Shown: positions 30,731 through 41,159, counted from the stretch's first letter. The stretch: DNA of 64,000 nt from an uncultured delta proteobacterium (GCA_963840855.1 CAWJBB010000061.1:1-64000); one strand, 5' to 3'. Numbers and translations: made by a program. The notes: generated by a model not told the origin, from the letters alone.

Positions 30731-31735
30731 TCAGCGCAGCTTGAAGATCTCTTTCCACCTCTTTTCGTACCTGGGCCACTCCTTTATTTCGTCTATGCCG
30801 ATGGGATAGATCGTCGCTGGGCGAATCTTCTCCTTTGGTTCTACGTTTGGATGCGATGGCGTGCGCCCGCCCGCGGCATACGTCTTCTGCCCTTCCTCGC
30901 TCGCCACCCAGCGGAAAAATAGCCGCGCCGTATTCGGATGGGGAGCGTCCTTTGCGAGCGCGGTGCCGGAAAGCGTCGCGATTCCTTCGGTCAACATAAA
31001 GCCAAGCGGCGCGCCTTTCCTAATCCGCGGCGGATAGTGATGGGCGTAGCAGGTAACACAGGCGGCCGCCTGCCCGGCAACGAGAAACTCGGCGAGCTCG
31101 GAGTGTCCCTTGTGAAACTCGACACTATTTGCCGCCAGCTTGCGCACAAGTTCAATCGCTTTCTCGTCGTTTTTGTATTTATGTCGCGCCAGCCCTATGA
31201 GCAGCTCGACATCCCGCGGTTCGGCGATCAGCCGCCCCTTCCACTTGGGGTCGGCAAAGTCTTCGAACTGCTTCGGTTCATCCTCTTTCTTGACTAAATT
31301 GGTATTCCACGAAGCGGTGATAAAGATCAGATCCGTGGCCAACCAGTAGGTCCCCTTTAGATTGGCCGGGAATGCCGAGGCTTCGGGCGGCAGCCAATCA
31401 ACTACCAGCTTCTGCTCCGAGACCTGCAGGACGTTTTCAAGAGCCATCTGGAAGATATCGGCTAAGACCTTGCCCGCTCGTGCTTCCGTGATCGCTCTCG
31501 CGGCAAGCAGGTTCGCCGTCGCATCGACATGATTGACTTTAACGCCGGGAAAGCGTTTCTCGAATACCGGCAGGATTCTCTCCGCGTTGATTTGCGCGAG
31601 TACGCCATAAAAATTAAGCGTCCCGCCTTCTTTCAACGCGAGCTTGTGAAGCTCATCGAGCGTTTGCCCATGGACCCCAGGGCCAGTAGTTAGAATTAGA
31701 AGGAACGCAACCAGGGCATGAAAAATCCATCGCAT
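30731..31735 (-). CDS. Extracellular solute-binding protein (Fe3+/polyamine/thiamine cluster D), copy 3
   Basis: Signal peptide, ALKEGGTLNFY, FEKRFPGVKV, WNTNLV, DPKWKG, APHPNTARLF..W..SEEGQ. Confidence 0.9.
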   Translation of the reverse strand: MRWIFHALVAFLLILTTGPGVHGQTLDELHKLALKEGGTLNFYGVLAQINAERILPVFEKRFPGVKVNHVDATANLLAARAITEARAGKVLADIFQMALENVLQVSEQKLVVDWLPPEASAFPANLKGTYWLATDLIFITASWNTNLVKKEDEPKQFEDFADPKWKGRLIAEPRDVELLIGLARHKYKNDEKAIELVRKLAANSVEFHKGHSELAEFLVAGQAAACVTCYAHHYPPRIRKGAPLGFMLTEGIATLSGTALAKDAPHPNTARLFFRWVASEEGQKTYAAGGRTPSHPNVEPKEKIRPATIYPIGIDEIKEWPRYEKRWKEIFKLR

Positions 31736-31764
31736 AGGAACTCCGAATTTATGTCGAATGTCTG

Positions 31765-32791
31765 CTAACGCAGTTTAAAAACTTCCTTCCAAATCTTCTC
31801 GTACTTTTTCCAGTCCTTAATTTCATCTGTGCCGATCGGATAGAGCACCGCAGGGCGAATTTTTTCCACGGGTTCCACTTTCGGATGCGGCGGCAAGCGG
31901 CCTCCCGCCGCATAGACCTTCTGCCCTTCTTCACTGGCGGACCAGCGGTAAAAGAGGCATGCCGACGTTCGGATGGGGGCGTCCTTTGCAAGGCAGTTGC
32001 AGTGATAGTGGCGATTCCCTCCTCAGCATATATCCGAGCGGCGCGCCCTTTTTGATTCGCGGTGGATAGTGATGTGCGTAACAGGTAAAGCAAGCGGCCG
32101 CTTGGCCGGCCACGAGGAATTCGGCGAGCTCGGAATGACCCTTGTGAAACTCAACATTGTTGGCGGCAATCTCTTGAGAAGGTCGATGGCTTTCTCATCG
32201 TTCTTGAATTTATGCCGCGCCAGACCGAGTCAACAATTCCAGGTCCCGTCGTTCGCCAATCAACTTTGCCCTTCCATTTGGGATCGGCAAAGTCATCGAA
32301 TTGCTTGGGCTCGTCCTCTTTCTTGACCAAGTTCGTATTCCAAGAAGCGGTAATGATCACCATGTCTGCGGCCAGCCAGATTGGGCCTCTTAAAATTTGC
32401 TGGATAGGCCGCGGCTTCGGGCGGAAGCTATTCGACGCCAGCTTTTGTTCAATCACCTGCAGGACGTTTTCAAGCGCCATTTGAAAAATATCGGCGAAAA
32501 CCCGACCGCCGCGTGCTTCGGTGATCGCTCTGGCGGCGAGCTTGTCCGCAGTGGCGTCGACGTGGTTGACCTTGAGTCCCGGAAAACGCTTCTCGAACAC
32601 TGGCAGAATTCTCTCTGCGTTGATTTGCGCCAGGGTGCCGTAGAAATTAACCGTCCCTCCTTCCTTGAGCGCTGCCTTGTGAAGCTTCGTCCAGGTCTGG
32701 GCGCCCGCCGTCGAGAATGCCGCAAAAAGCAAATAGCCCAAGCCGAAAGGACGAAATGTTTGCAAGAAAGCAGACCGGCCAGTTCTGGCAT
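31765..32791 (-). CDS. Extracellular solute-binding protein, copy 2, multiple frameshifts
   Basis: Same motifs as both neighbours (FEKRFPGLKV, WNTNLVKKEDEPK, AGQAAACFTCYAHHYPPR, WKEVFKLR*) across several frames. Confidence 0.82.
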
Positions 32792-32845
32792 AAGTTCCTC
32801 ACTGTAATTATGCCGGCCTATGGAATCCAGTCGTTAAGCGTACGA

Positions 32846-33862
32846 TCATCTAAGCTTGAATACTTCCTTCCAAACTTTCTCGTACTTGGTGTATTGCTTC
32901 AGGTCCTCCACGCCAACCGGATAGATGGCCTTCGGGCGGATGGGCTCGGTGGGTTCCACCTTCGGGTGGGCCGGCGTTCTACCGCCCTTCGCGTAGATAG
33001 CTTGCCCTTCTTCCGACGCCGCCCAACGAGTAAATAGCCACGCCGTGTTGGGATGGGGCGCATTCTTCATGACCGCCACTGCGATAATTCCAGCAGCGCC
33101 TTCAGATAGCATGTAATCCACGGGTGCCCCTTTTTTCTTGCGTGCCGGGTAATGATGCGAGTAGCAAGTGAAACACGCCGCCGCCTGGCCGGCGACTAGT
33201 AGCTCGGCGAGCTGTGAATGCCCTTTGTGGAATTCAACGTTGTTTGCTGCGATCCTCGCGAGTACAGCCCGGGCCTTCTCCAAGCTCTTATGCTTGTGCG
33301 TCAGGCCGATGAGAATTTCATAATCCCTCGGTTCCGCAATGAGGCGCCCTTTCCAGCGCGGCTCCCCGAAATCGTCCAAAAATTTCGGCTCCTCCTCTTT
33401 TTTGACCTTTTCCGTATTCCAGGCACCGATGAAGAAGATCAGGTTATTGGCAACCCAGTAGGGACCTCTTAAATTCGCCGGATACTGGGCAGCTTCCGGC
33501 GGAGCTTTCTCCAAAATCAGTCCCTGCTCGTGAATCTTGTTGATATCTTCCAGACCGAATTCAACCACGTCCGCAATGGTCCTTCCCCCTCGAGCTTCCG
33601 TAATAGCCCGCGCCGAGAGCTTGTCCGACGTGGCATCGACGTGATTAATTCTTATGCCGGGAAATCGCTTCTCGAACAGTGGGTAAATTATTTCCGCGTT
33701 GATCTGCGCGAGGGAACAGTAGCAATTGAGAACCTTCTCTTCCTTCAGCGCCTTCTTGTAAAGTTCATCGATGGTTTCAGTCTGCGCTTTCAGTGCGGAT
33801 GGAAAAACTAGAAATAATAGCGATACTAGCGTGCCGAGTGTTTTTTTTAAGGTTATCGACAT
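32846..33862 (-). CDS. Extracellular solute-binding protein, copy 1
   Basis: Signal peptide, FEKRFPGIRI, WNTEKV, AGQAAACFTCYSHHYP, APHPNTA, WKEVFKLR*. Confidence 0.9.
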   Translation of the reverse strand: MSITLKKTLGTLVSLLFLVFPSALKAQTETIDELYKKALKEEKVLNCYCSLAQINAEIIYPLFEKRFPGIRINHVDATSDKLSARAITEARGGRTIADVVEFGLEDINKIHEQGLILEKAPPEAAQYPANLRGPYWVANNLIFFIGAWNTEKVKKEEEPKFLDDFGEPRWKGRLIAEPRDYEILIGLTHKHKSLEKARAVLARIAANNVEFHKGHSQLAELLVAGQAAACFTCYSHHYPARKKKGAPVDYMLSEGAAGIIAVAVMKNAPHPNTAWLFTRWAASEEGQAIYAKGGRTPAHPKVEPTEPIRPKAIYPVGVEDLKQYTKYEKVWKEVFKLR

Positions 33863-33906
33863 ACTTATTCCTTTCCTTTTTTCCTGCAAAATTTACCCTG
33901 CATACC

Positions 33907-34980
33907 CTACTTCTTACCTTTCAAGACGCCTTGCAACTTGCCTTTCAACTCCGGGCTCATGCCCAGAAACTCGACCACGAGTTTGTGGATCTCCTCGCCG
34001 ATCATCGGATCGATTTCCAGCTTGCCTTTGGTGGCGTCCGCCTGAAGCTCTTTATCGCTAAAAACCCTTTCAAAGGCCTTTTCCAACGCGGCAGCCCGGT
34101 CCGCCGGGGTGCCTGGCGGGACGACGTACACCTTGCCGAAATCGTTGGGCGTGCTCGTGCCGAATTTCAACAGCAGGCGGTGCTCGTTATTCTTGGTGAG
34201 TTGTGGAATGGTCGGAACGTTGGGCACGATCAGGTCCTTGATCGGCTTCTCCCCGAGTTGCGCGAGCAAGACCCATTCGCCGCTTTTCATTTTGTCAAAC
34301 GAAGTAATCTTTAGAGAGGTGTACGAATTGAACAATCCATCGACCTCGCCCGAGTCGATCGCCATGCGCACATCAGCGGTTCCTTTGTAGCCCAACACCA
34401 TTTTTACATTGGCGCCGAGTATATCCCGCGCCAATATCGGCGCATGCTCCACCGTCGATCCGGGTATACCGCCAACGACAACCTGTTTGCCGTTGGGACC
34501 GAGCAACTCTTCGAACTTGGTCACGCCGGGTTTTTTCGTGGCGATAAAAATATAGGTCTCGCTCACCGGCACGGCGAGATAACGAAACTTCGCCATATCG
34601 AACTGAATCGCCGGATTGCCGAACAATTGCTCCAAAATGATTGGACCGGAGATATTACCGACTACCGTCCCGTCTTTGGCCACGGTGTTGTAGACATGAT
34701 TGGCCGCGATGATACTGCCGGCCCCCGCCATATTGTCGACAACGATGGCTGGATTGCCGGGGATGTACTTTGAAAGATGGCGTCCGATCAACCTCGAGTA
34801 CTGGTCGTAGCCGCCCCCCGCTGAAAAGCCGACGATGATACGGAGCGTCTTGCCGCGGTAAAAGTCCGCGACTTTTTTCTCATCGTAGCCCGCGCCTGGC
34901 GCCTGGCCGGCGAAACTGACGCCTAGACTGGCCAGGAAAACCATAACAGTCAAACCTCTAAAAATCCGTCCGCTCCTCAT
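33907..34980 (-). CDS. Bug/TctC substrate-binding protein
   Basis: FYRGKTLRIIVGFSAGGGYD, PGNP.IVVDNMAGAGS, GYKGTADVR.A, PPGTPADR. Confidence 0.92.
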   Translation of the reverse strand: MRSGRIFRGLTVMVFLASLGVSFAGQAPGAGYDEKKVADFYRGKTLRIIVGFSAGGGYDQYSRLIGRHLSKYIPGNPAIVVDNMAGAGSIIAANHVYNTVAKDGTVVGNISGPIILEQLFGNPAIQFDMAKFRYLAVPVSETYIFIATKKPGVTKFEELLGPNGKQVVVGGIPGSTVEHAPILARDILGANVKMVLGYKGTADVRMAIDSGEVDGLFNSYTSLKITSFDKMKSGEWVLLAQLGEKPIKDLIVPNVPTIPQLTKNNEHRLLLKFGTSTPNDFGKVYVVPPGTPADRAAALEKAFERVFSDKELQADATKGKLEIDPMIGEEIHKLVVEFLGMSPELKGKLQGVLKGKK

Positions 34981-35086
34981 GTATCCTCCAGTATTGAACC
35001 TAAATCAGCGCCCCCACTCGCTTGCCCATAGCCACGCCACCAGTTAGACGTACCGCTCTTTGCTCCGCTTCAGGAAAGGGATTTGA

Positions 35087-36058
35087 TTAGAGATTTTCCA
35101 GCCTTTTCAACGTCGCCCCGTAGTCCACGACCGCTTTGTCGATCGGATAGTCGGGCTCGTATCCCAGTTGTTCCTTTGCCCGTGAAAAATCACTGGAGAG
35201 GCGCGACTCAGGATAAGGCATCGGATTATTCGCCCTTTGCAGCTCGATGTTCGAGCCGGGAAACGCCTCGCGAATCGCATCAACAATATCATCGCCGCTC
35301 ACCATACCGGCGTTGCCGATGTGAAAGAGAGTGTCTTTGAACTTGTCTTTGAGCACCGCCAAAACGGTGCCTTTGGCAGCGTCCTTACCATAGAGGATTT
35401 CCGAAGGTCCGTAAGGCCAGCTGATCTTAGCCTTTTCGCCTTTCACCGCCGCGCGAATCATCTGCTGAATGGCAATCTCTCGAGTTGCCTTGAGGGCCGC
35501 CGGAGAGGGGCCGTATAGCCCCCCGGTATAGCGCAGGCAAATAAACTCGAAGCCGTACCGCTTGGCGTAGGCGCGCCCCATGAATTCGCAGCTCGCTTTG
35601 GTGGCGGCATAGACCGACGGAGGGTTCATCGGGATGCTTTCGTCTATTTTGGCAAGCCCCTCGCCAAGGGAACCCAAATAGACGGTGCCCGAACTCGGGA
35701 AGATAACGCGGGATACTTTTTCCAAGCGCGCGGCTTCGAAGACGTTTACCGTCCCCATGAAGTTCAAACGCACGCCGCTGTACGGGCGGCGCTGCACTTC
35801 TTCGCCAAGGAACGCGGCCAGGTGAATGATCCGGTCACAGTCATTGTCGCGCAGGGCCGAAATAATCGCGGGTAGATCCATCATGTCGCCGCGCACCAAG
35901 GCTACCTTGCTTGGGTCCACCCCCACGGCGCTCAGCAACCGTTCATTGAGCGCCACGTCGAATACGACCGGTCGCTCGCCCCGCTCCAGCAACATGCCAA
36001 CGGCGTAAGCGCCAACCAAACCGGTTCCACCCGTAACCAATATGCCCTTTTGTGCCAT
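35087..36058 (-). CDS. NAD-dependent epimerase/dehydratase (extended SDR)
   Basis: ILVTGGTGLVG, IIHLAA, YAATK, LGYEP. Confidence 0.9.
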   Translation of the reverse strand: MAQKGILVTGGTGLVGAYAVGMLLERGERPVVFDVALNERLLSAVGVDPSKVALVRGDMMDLPAIISALRDNDCDRIIHLAAFLGEEVQRRPYSGVRLNFMGTVNVFEAARLEKVSRVIFPSSGTVYLGSLGEGLAKIDESIPMNPPSVYAATKASCEFMGRAYAKRYGFEFICLRYTGGLYGPSPAALKATREIAIQQMIRAAVKGEKAKISWPYGPSEILYGKDAAKGTVLAVLKDKFKDTLFHIGNAGMVSGDDIVDAIREAFPGSNIELQRANNPMPYPESRLSSDFSRAKEQLGYEPDYPIDKAVVDYGATLKRLENL

Positions 36059-36279
36059 AAGCCGTCCGTCCTTGTTAGGACTGGCTATAACAATCAATGC
36101 CTTGAGTCAACGTGTTTGCGCGCCTCCAGTTTCGCACGTCGAGTCCTCTAGATTTGACGACTTGAATGTTTGGAACAAGCGCGATCAGCGCGAGCGCAGC
36201 CATTGTGGTCGCCTTGACCCGTCGCAACCGATATGCAAACTTGGCTGCGCTCGTCTAACAAACCGGAGGGAATTCTATC

Positions 36280-37269
36280 ATGCCGACAAAGTTGCTGCTC
36301 GTGATAACCCTAGTAGTCAGCATTCTTGCGCCTGCTTATCAGGCCACGGGCCAGGAAAGAATCAGGCTCGCTTGGGCCGGCTTTAGCCCAACCAATAGCC
36401 CGATCTGGGTGATCGAGGATCGAAAGCTCCTGCACAAGCTTGGGGTCACGCCAGAGATCATCGCCATTAACGCAAGCCCAACCGTGCTACAGGCCCTCCT
36501 GGCCAACGAGATCGATGCCGCCAGCATTTCTGTGACTACGCTTACCAGTTCACGCCTCGCGGGGGCAGATACCGTAATGATCGTCGGCGTGGTTCCTACA
36601 TTCGTCGACCACATTGTTTCGTTATCGAACATCACCGCAGTCGAACAACTCAAAGGCAAAACGGCCGGCGTCAATCGTCTCGGCAGCACCTCCGATCTGG
36701 GCTTGCGTCTGGCGTTGAGAAAGCTCGGGATCGACCCGGAGAAAGACGTGAAAATCATTCCCACCGGCGGCACCGCGGAAAGATTCGCGGCGCTTTCAAA
36801 GGGCGTAACTCAGTTCACCATCATCCCGGAACCCTTCTTGACCCAGGCGGAAAAACTCGGCTTCCGCAATCTCTACAACATTACTGATCTCAAGATTCCC
36901 TTTTGGTGGAATGGCATCTTGAGCCGCGAAGCGATCATTAAAACCAAACGGCCGTTAATGCAAAAACTCACTCGCGCAATGGTCGAAGCGATTCATATCA
37001 TCAAGACCGAAAAGGAATACGCTAAGGGGTTGTTCAAAAAGAACCTGGGAGTCTCCGACCCCGAAGGGCTGGAGCGAGCCTACAAAGATTACGCGAACGT
37101 CTTTCCGGAAGTGCCCTACCCGACCCCGGACGGTGTTAAGACTATGTTGGATGATTTGGCGATCAAAAATCCCAAAGCCGCCGCGGCTGACCCGAAGGCT
37201 TTCGTGGACCAGAGCTTAATCACTGAATTGGATAAATCCGGTTTCATCAAACAGCTCTATAAAAAATAG
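36280..37269 (+). CDS. ABC transporter substrate-binding protein, NMT1/SsuA-like
   Basis: Signal peptide, LKGKTAGVNRLGSTSD, GIDPEKDV, PYPTPDGV, NPKAAAADPKAFVDQSLITELDKSGFI. Confidence 0.92.
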   Translation: MPTKLLLVITLVVSILAPAYQATGQERIRLAWAGFSPTNSPIWVIEDRKLLHKLGVTPEIIAINASPTVLQALLANEIDAASISVTTLTSSRLAGADTVMIVGVVPTFVDHIVSLSNITAVEQLKGKTAGVNRLGSTSDLGLRLALRKLGIDPEKDVKIIPTGGTAERFAALSKGVTQFTIIPEPFLTQAEKLGFRNLYNITDLKIPFWWNGILSREAIIKTKRPLMQKLTRAMVEAIHIIKTEKEYAKGLFKKNLGVSDPEGLERAYKDYANVFPEVPYPTPDGVKTMLDDLAIKNPKAAAADPKAFVDQSLITELDKSGFIKQLYKK

Positions 37270-37392
37270 CCAAGAGAAAAATCACTCCAATACTCCGACT
37301 CACCAGCAGCGTCGCCATCGGTTGAAATCCCTCGCCCGCGTGCGCTAAGTGAGACCTAGAGCTTCAAACACGAGTACCAGGAGGCAAAACTT

Positions 37393-38223
37393 ATGGTGGA
37401 AGTGCTTAAAGACGAACACGACATGATGCGGTCCGGACTCGGCCGCCTGAGGGGAAAGGTTGCGATAATCACTGGGGCGAATAGCGGCATCGGCCGGGCC
37501 ACCTCAAGGGTGTTCGCGCGCGAAGGCGCGAAGGTCGTTTGTTGCGATATTCAAGAGACCATTGCGCCGCGCATCGACCAACTGATCAAAGAGAAAGAAG
37601 GCGGCGAAGCGGTATTTGCGACCATCGACGTCACCAAGCAAGAAGACTGCGACCGCATGGTCAAAACCGCCCTCGACAGTTTTGGCCGGGTGGATATTCT
37701 CTACAACAATGCCGGCGCCGGTGTTCGCAAAAAAGTGCACGAGCACACCGATGAGGAGTGGAACTTCGTCTTGAACACGAATTTGAACGCCATGTTCCGC
37801 GGTTCCCGCGCCGTGCTGCCCCATTTTATCAAACAGGGCAGCGGCAATATCGTCACCACGGCGTCGACTTTCGGCCTGTTGGCGTCGCCGGAGTATCCCG
37901 GCTACTGCGCTACGAAGGCGGCCATCATCAACTTGACCCGCGAGATGGCGCTCGACTATGGCCCGCTGGGCATAAGAATAAACTGCGTCTGCCCGGGCGC
38001 CATCGAGACGCCCCGCTTCCGAGGGTTTCCGCCCAGGCCCACTCTTGGCGAAGGCATGACCGACGAACAGCGCAAGACTATGGGAGCAAGCAATAAGGCG
38101 CTGCTGCGGATGGGACGTCCGGAAGAGATCGCCTACGGCGTGCTTTTTCTCGTTTCAGACGAAGCATCGTTTGTTACGGGGCATGCATTGGTCGTGGACG
38201 GCGGCCAGACGATAGATGCGTAA
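37393..38223 (+). CDS. Short-chain dehydrogenase/reductase
   Basis: TGANSGIG, YNNAG, YCATK, IRINCVCPG, VDGG. Confidence 0.93.
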   Translation: MVEVLKDEHDMMRSGLGRLRGKVAIITGANSGIGRATSRVFAREGAKVVCCDIQETIAPRIDQLIKEKEGGEAVFATIDVTKQEDCDRMVKTALDSFGRVDILYNNAGAGVRKKVHEHTDEEWNFVLNTNLNAMFRGSRAVLPHFIKQGSGNIVTTASTFGLLASPEYPGYCATKAAIINLTREMALDYGPLGIRINCVCPGAIETPRFRGFPPRPTLGEGMTDEQRKTMGASNKALLRMGRPEEIAYGVLFLVSDEASFVTGHALVVDGGQTIDA

Positions 38224-38230
38224 AAAAGAT

Positions 38231-38305
38231 TGGTGTGATGGAGTATTGGAGTGGTGGAGTGATGGGCTGAAACCGTACCCAATACTCCAGTACTCCAACA
38301 TTCCA
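38231..38305. repeat. Inverted octamer array (TGGAGTnn / nnACTCCA) between convergent genes
   Basis: tggtgtga tggagtat tggagtgg tggagtga tggg, spacer, cccaatac tccagtac tccaacat tcca; a half copy lies at 37282-37300. Confidence 0.85.
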
Positions 38306-38320
38306 ACGGACTGTCCAGTC

Positions 38321-39175
38321 TTATTCGCCGCTGGCGGTGCGCGGAGCGCTTAGCGGCAGATACTCGCCGGCGAAAATAACGATGGCCCCCGCTACGTCGG
38401 TGGCGGTTCTTTCCAGATTGGCGCGCGAGCGGAGATGGGTTCCGAATTCGAGCTGTATCGCGTCGATACCCGTGCCGCGGTGGCTGCCGTAGGTCCGAGT
38501 TGTGTAACCGCCGCTGTAGCGCTGTTCGCGCTCGCCGTCGCCGTTCGAGGGAAATACCTTATAGCCGCTTCTTTCCAGTAACCCCAGAATGCTTTGAGCT
38601 CCTGACAACGCCGCTTTGCCGAAGCGCCGTTCCAGATCGGTGACACTTTTCAAATTGTCCGTGCCGCGAAAGATCGCCTGCGGCTCGGCGCTCTGTCCGT
38701 GGATGTCGAGCAAAAGCCCCTGGCCCCACAGCTTGCGCACATCATCGCAGTGTTGACCCAGCGCCCGGTGATAAGCTTCGTAATAGGGCCGCGCTTCCTC
38801 GGCTTCGTAGGCGCCATCACGGGGACGATTGGCGTCCACATATTTGCGATCAAAATTCGCGATGACAAGAAAAGGCTTCGCGCCGAGCCGCTCCTGCAAC
38901 TTCGCAGCGATCCGCTCGGCCAATTCGCCGGTGTTATGGTCACGTCCGGTAGCAAACTGCGCGACTCCAACTCCCCGGCGCACGGCAACCCCGGGTATAG
39001 CGTCGCGCCCGCCGTGGGGCGCCGATAGAATGATCGGCAACATTCCAGACTCGATAGTTACAAGATTATCGACCGCTCGACGCCCGGCGCCAAGCAATTG
39101 CGCAGATAATAGAATTGATACGACAAAAAAGGAATCAAGGGCAAGGAGGAATTTTGCCGGCGGCTTCATCACCAA
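38321..39175 (-). CDS. N-formylglutamate amidohydrolase-like (Zn-carboxypeptidase fold) protein with a probable signal peptide
   Basis: ILSAPHGG, YVDANR, YYEAYH, LLLDIHG, YSGGYTT..YG, AIQLEF. Confidence 0.8.
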   Translation of the reverse strand: MVMKPPAKFLLALDSFFVVSILLSAQLLGAGRRAVDNLVTIESGMLPIILSAPHGGRDAIPGVAVRRGVGVAQFATGRDHNTGELAERIAAKLQERLGAKPFLVIANFDRKYVDANRPRDGAYEAEEARPYYEAYHRALGQHCDDVRKLWGQGLLLDIHGQSAEPQAIFRGTDNLKSVTDLERRFGKAALSGAQSILGLLERSGYKVFPSNGDGEREQRYSGGYTTRTYGSHRGTGIDAIQLEFGTHLRSRANLERTATDVAGAIVIFAGEYLPLSAPRTASGE

Positions 39176-39261
39176 ATATGCAGTCTGGTATTATAAAGTG
39201 CCAAATAATTCTTTTGCGGGCCGCTCCAATAAATATTAGATCCAAGTATTTTCTTCGCAAC

Positions 39262-39298
39262 GGTTTGAACTGCTTGAACGTTTGGAACGGCTTGAACG
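39262..39298. repeat. 9-nt TTGAAC tandem repeat half-element
   Basis: ggtttgaac tgcttgaac gtttggaac ggcttgaac. Confidence 0.75.
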
Positions 39299-39358
39299 AT
39301 TCGTAGGAGCGATGCAATCGTGCCAACGAAGTAAACTAACATGTTTCAGCAGCCCCAG

Positions 39359-40216
39359 TTACCGCGTGATAACTCCGTTTAACAATGCCGCGATTCCCGC
39401 ATAACCAGCTACCTGCGCCAGGGTCAGCGCGCTCGTGCCGTCATGGCCGACGTGATGTGGATCGGCACCATGTTCAAGAAGCAAACTAACGATACCGGAG
39501 AAACCTTTCACCGAGGCGATCATCAAAGCGTTGTATCCGCTGTGATCGGCGACGTGGGGCTCGGCGCCGATTTCCAAGAGCAGGCGAACGGCGTCGCGAT
39601 GGCCACGGACAGTGGCGAAGATAAGCGCCGTCCCGCCGTGATTGTCAGCTAGATTTGGATTGGCTCCGGCCCGGACTAGGATGTCGATGACGCTCTGATG
39701 ACCGTAGAACGCCGCTTCCATAATGGGAGTGCGGCCCAGCCAATTACACGCACCGAGATTCGCGCCGTGGCGAATGAGCAGATCCACGACTTCCGTCCGG
39801 CCCATGATCGCCGCGAATAGCAATGGAGTCTCGCCTTTGCCGGTTGCGAAATTGATATCAGCGCCGCGCTCTATCAGCAGCGACACGATTTCCATATAGC
39901 CTGCGTGCGCGGCCAGCGCCAGCACGCTTTCACCGTCGGGGGTGATGGCGTTGACGTTGGCGCCTGACGCGATCAATAGACGCGCAGTATCGAGCCTTGC
40001 CGCTTGTAAGCTGGTTATCAGGGGCGTGAAACCTCGCTCGAAGGTATTAACATCGGCGCCGAGCTTAAGCAGTCTACGAACTTTGTCCGTCTCACCGTTG
40101 TATCCGGCTACCATAATGGGTGGCGCGCCGCAGCCCGCCGGAAAGCATCCCAGTCTTCTTAACAAAGGCAGAACTTTTCCCTCAGAAATCAAGTGTTCCC
40201 TAAGATCCATGCTCAC
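39359..40216 (-). CDS. Ankyrin-repeat protein
   Basis: About seven 33-aa G.TPL..AA..G....V..LL..GAD.N units. Confidence 0.93.
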   Translation of the reverse strand: MSMDLREHLISEGKVLPLLRRLGCFPAGCGAPPIMVAGYNGETDKVRRLLKLGADVNTFERGFTPLITSLQAARLDTARLLIASGANVNAITPDGESVLALAAHAGYMEIVSLLIERGADINFATGKGETPLLFAAIMGRTEVVDLLIRHGANLGACNWLGRTPIMEAAFYGHQSVIDILVRAGANPNLADNHGGTALIFATVRGHRDAVRLLLEIGAEPHVADHSGYNALMIASVKGFSGIVSLLLEHGADPHHVGHDGTSALTLAQVAGYAGIAALLNGVITR

Positions 40217-40354
40217 AACTCTCCAATAATTCTAAAAATTAACTAAAGAGGCACCGCCTGCCAAAGTTGCCACGTTGTCCGCACAAACTCCCCAGGGCCG
40301 GATCGGATAGTCGCGGTCACGGCCCTAAAGCGATGCGATTCCAAAACTAAAGCG

Positions 40355-41083
40355 CTACTTTGGCTCGGCTATTTTACTCTTGAGCTTGCTTTGAAAATCG
40401 GCGGGAAAAGGTTCGGCTTTAAGCTCCCGGGCACGGGAGGCTTTGAGCCAAGCCTCAGAGTAACGTCCCTGATCGTATAGAGAAATGGCCCATTCACGCC
40501 AGCTCGGCGCATAGTCGGGATCGAGCTCCAGGCTTTCGGAAAATCGCTGGTTGGCGGCGCTGAATTGCTGCGCGCGCTCCAGCTCCCGCTCCCGGGGCAA
40601 GCTCACCGCATACGCTGAACGCACGGCGCCGATATCGGCCAAGAGTTGCACCAATTGCTTCGCATCATTGATCATGAGCTCCCGGGCGGTTTCCAATTGT
40701 TCAATGGCCTCCAAAAACTTGCCCCGCTCGCTCAAGACGGCGCCAAATCCCCAAAACACCCCCGGGTTATCGGGAGCAAGCAGCCAGCCTTCATTAAAGT
40801 ACCGCAGCGCCAGCGCAGATTTCCCGCTCCGGATCGATGCCCATCCTTGCGCCAAGGCCGCGATACTTGCGGCAGTACGGTTGCCGTGTTTGGCAACGGC
40901 GTTCTTGATGAAAACTTCGTCGGCTTTTTTCAGATCGTCCGGTCTTGTGATCGCTGGTTGGCCAAACATCGGAAGAGTGTCTGGATTGGTCTCTTGCGCA
41001 GCGGGCGCAGCCACGGGCAAGATGCAGAGTGCCCAAAAGGCCAAGAGTCTGACGGGACGTGAGCGTAGAAATTTAGTCTTCAT
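40355..41083 (-). CDS. Secreted TPR-like protein
   Basis: Signal peptide, LPMFG, ALRYFNEGWLLAPDNPGVFWGFG, LELDPDYAPSWREWA. Confidence 0.75.
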   Translation of the reverse strand: MKTKFLRSRPVRLLAFWALCILPVAAPAAQETNPDTLPMFGQPAITRPDDLKKADEVFIKNAVAKHGNRTAASIAALAQGWASIRSGKSALALRYFNEGWLLAPDNPGVFWGFGAVLSERGKFLEAIEQLETARELMINDAKQLVQLLADIGAVRSAYAVSLPRERELERAQQFSAANQRFSESLELDPDYAPSWREWAISLYDQGRYSEAWLKASRARELKAEPFPADFQSKLKSKIAEPK

Positions 41084-41159
41084 CAACGTTCCATCGCGCG
41101 AACATATGAGTATCGAATCCCATAAGCCAAAACGTCGGCTGAAGCCGACAACCCAAGCT

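Noticed and set aside
39359-41083. Ankyrin plus TPR genes as a secretion-effector or defence locus
   Set aside because: No secretion, toxin or defence genes nearby; both repeat families are common
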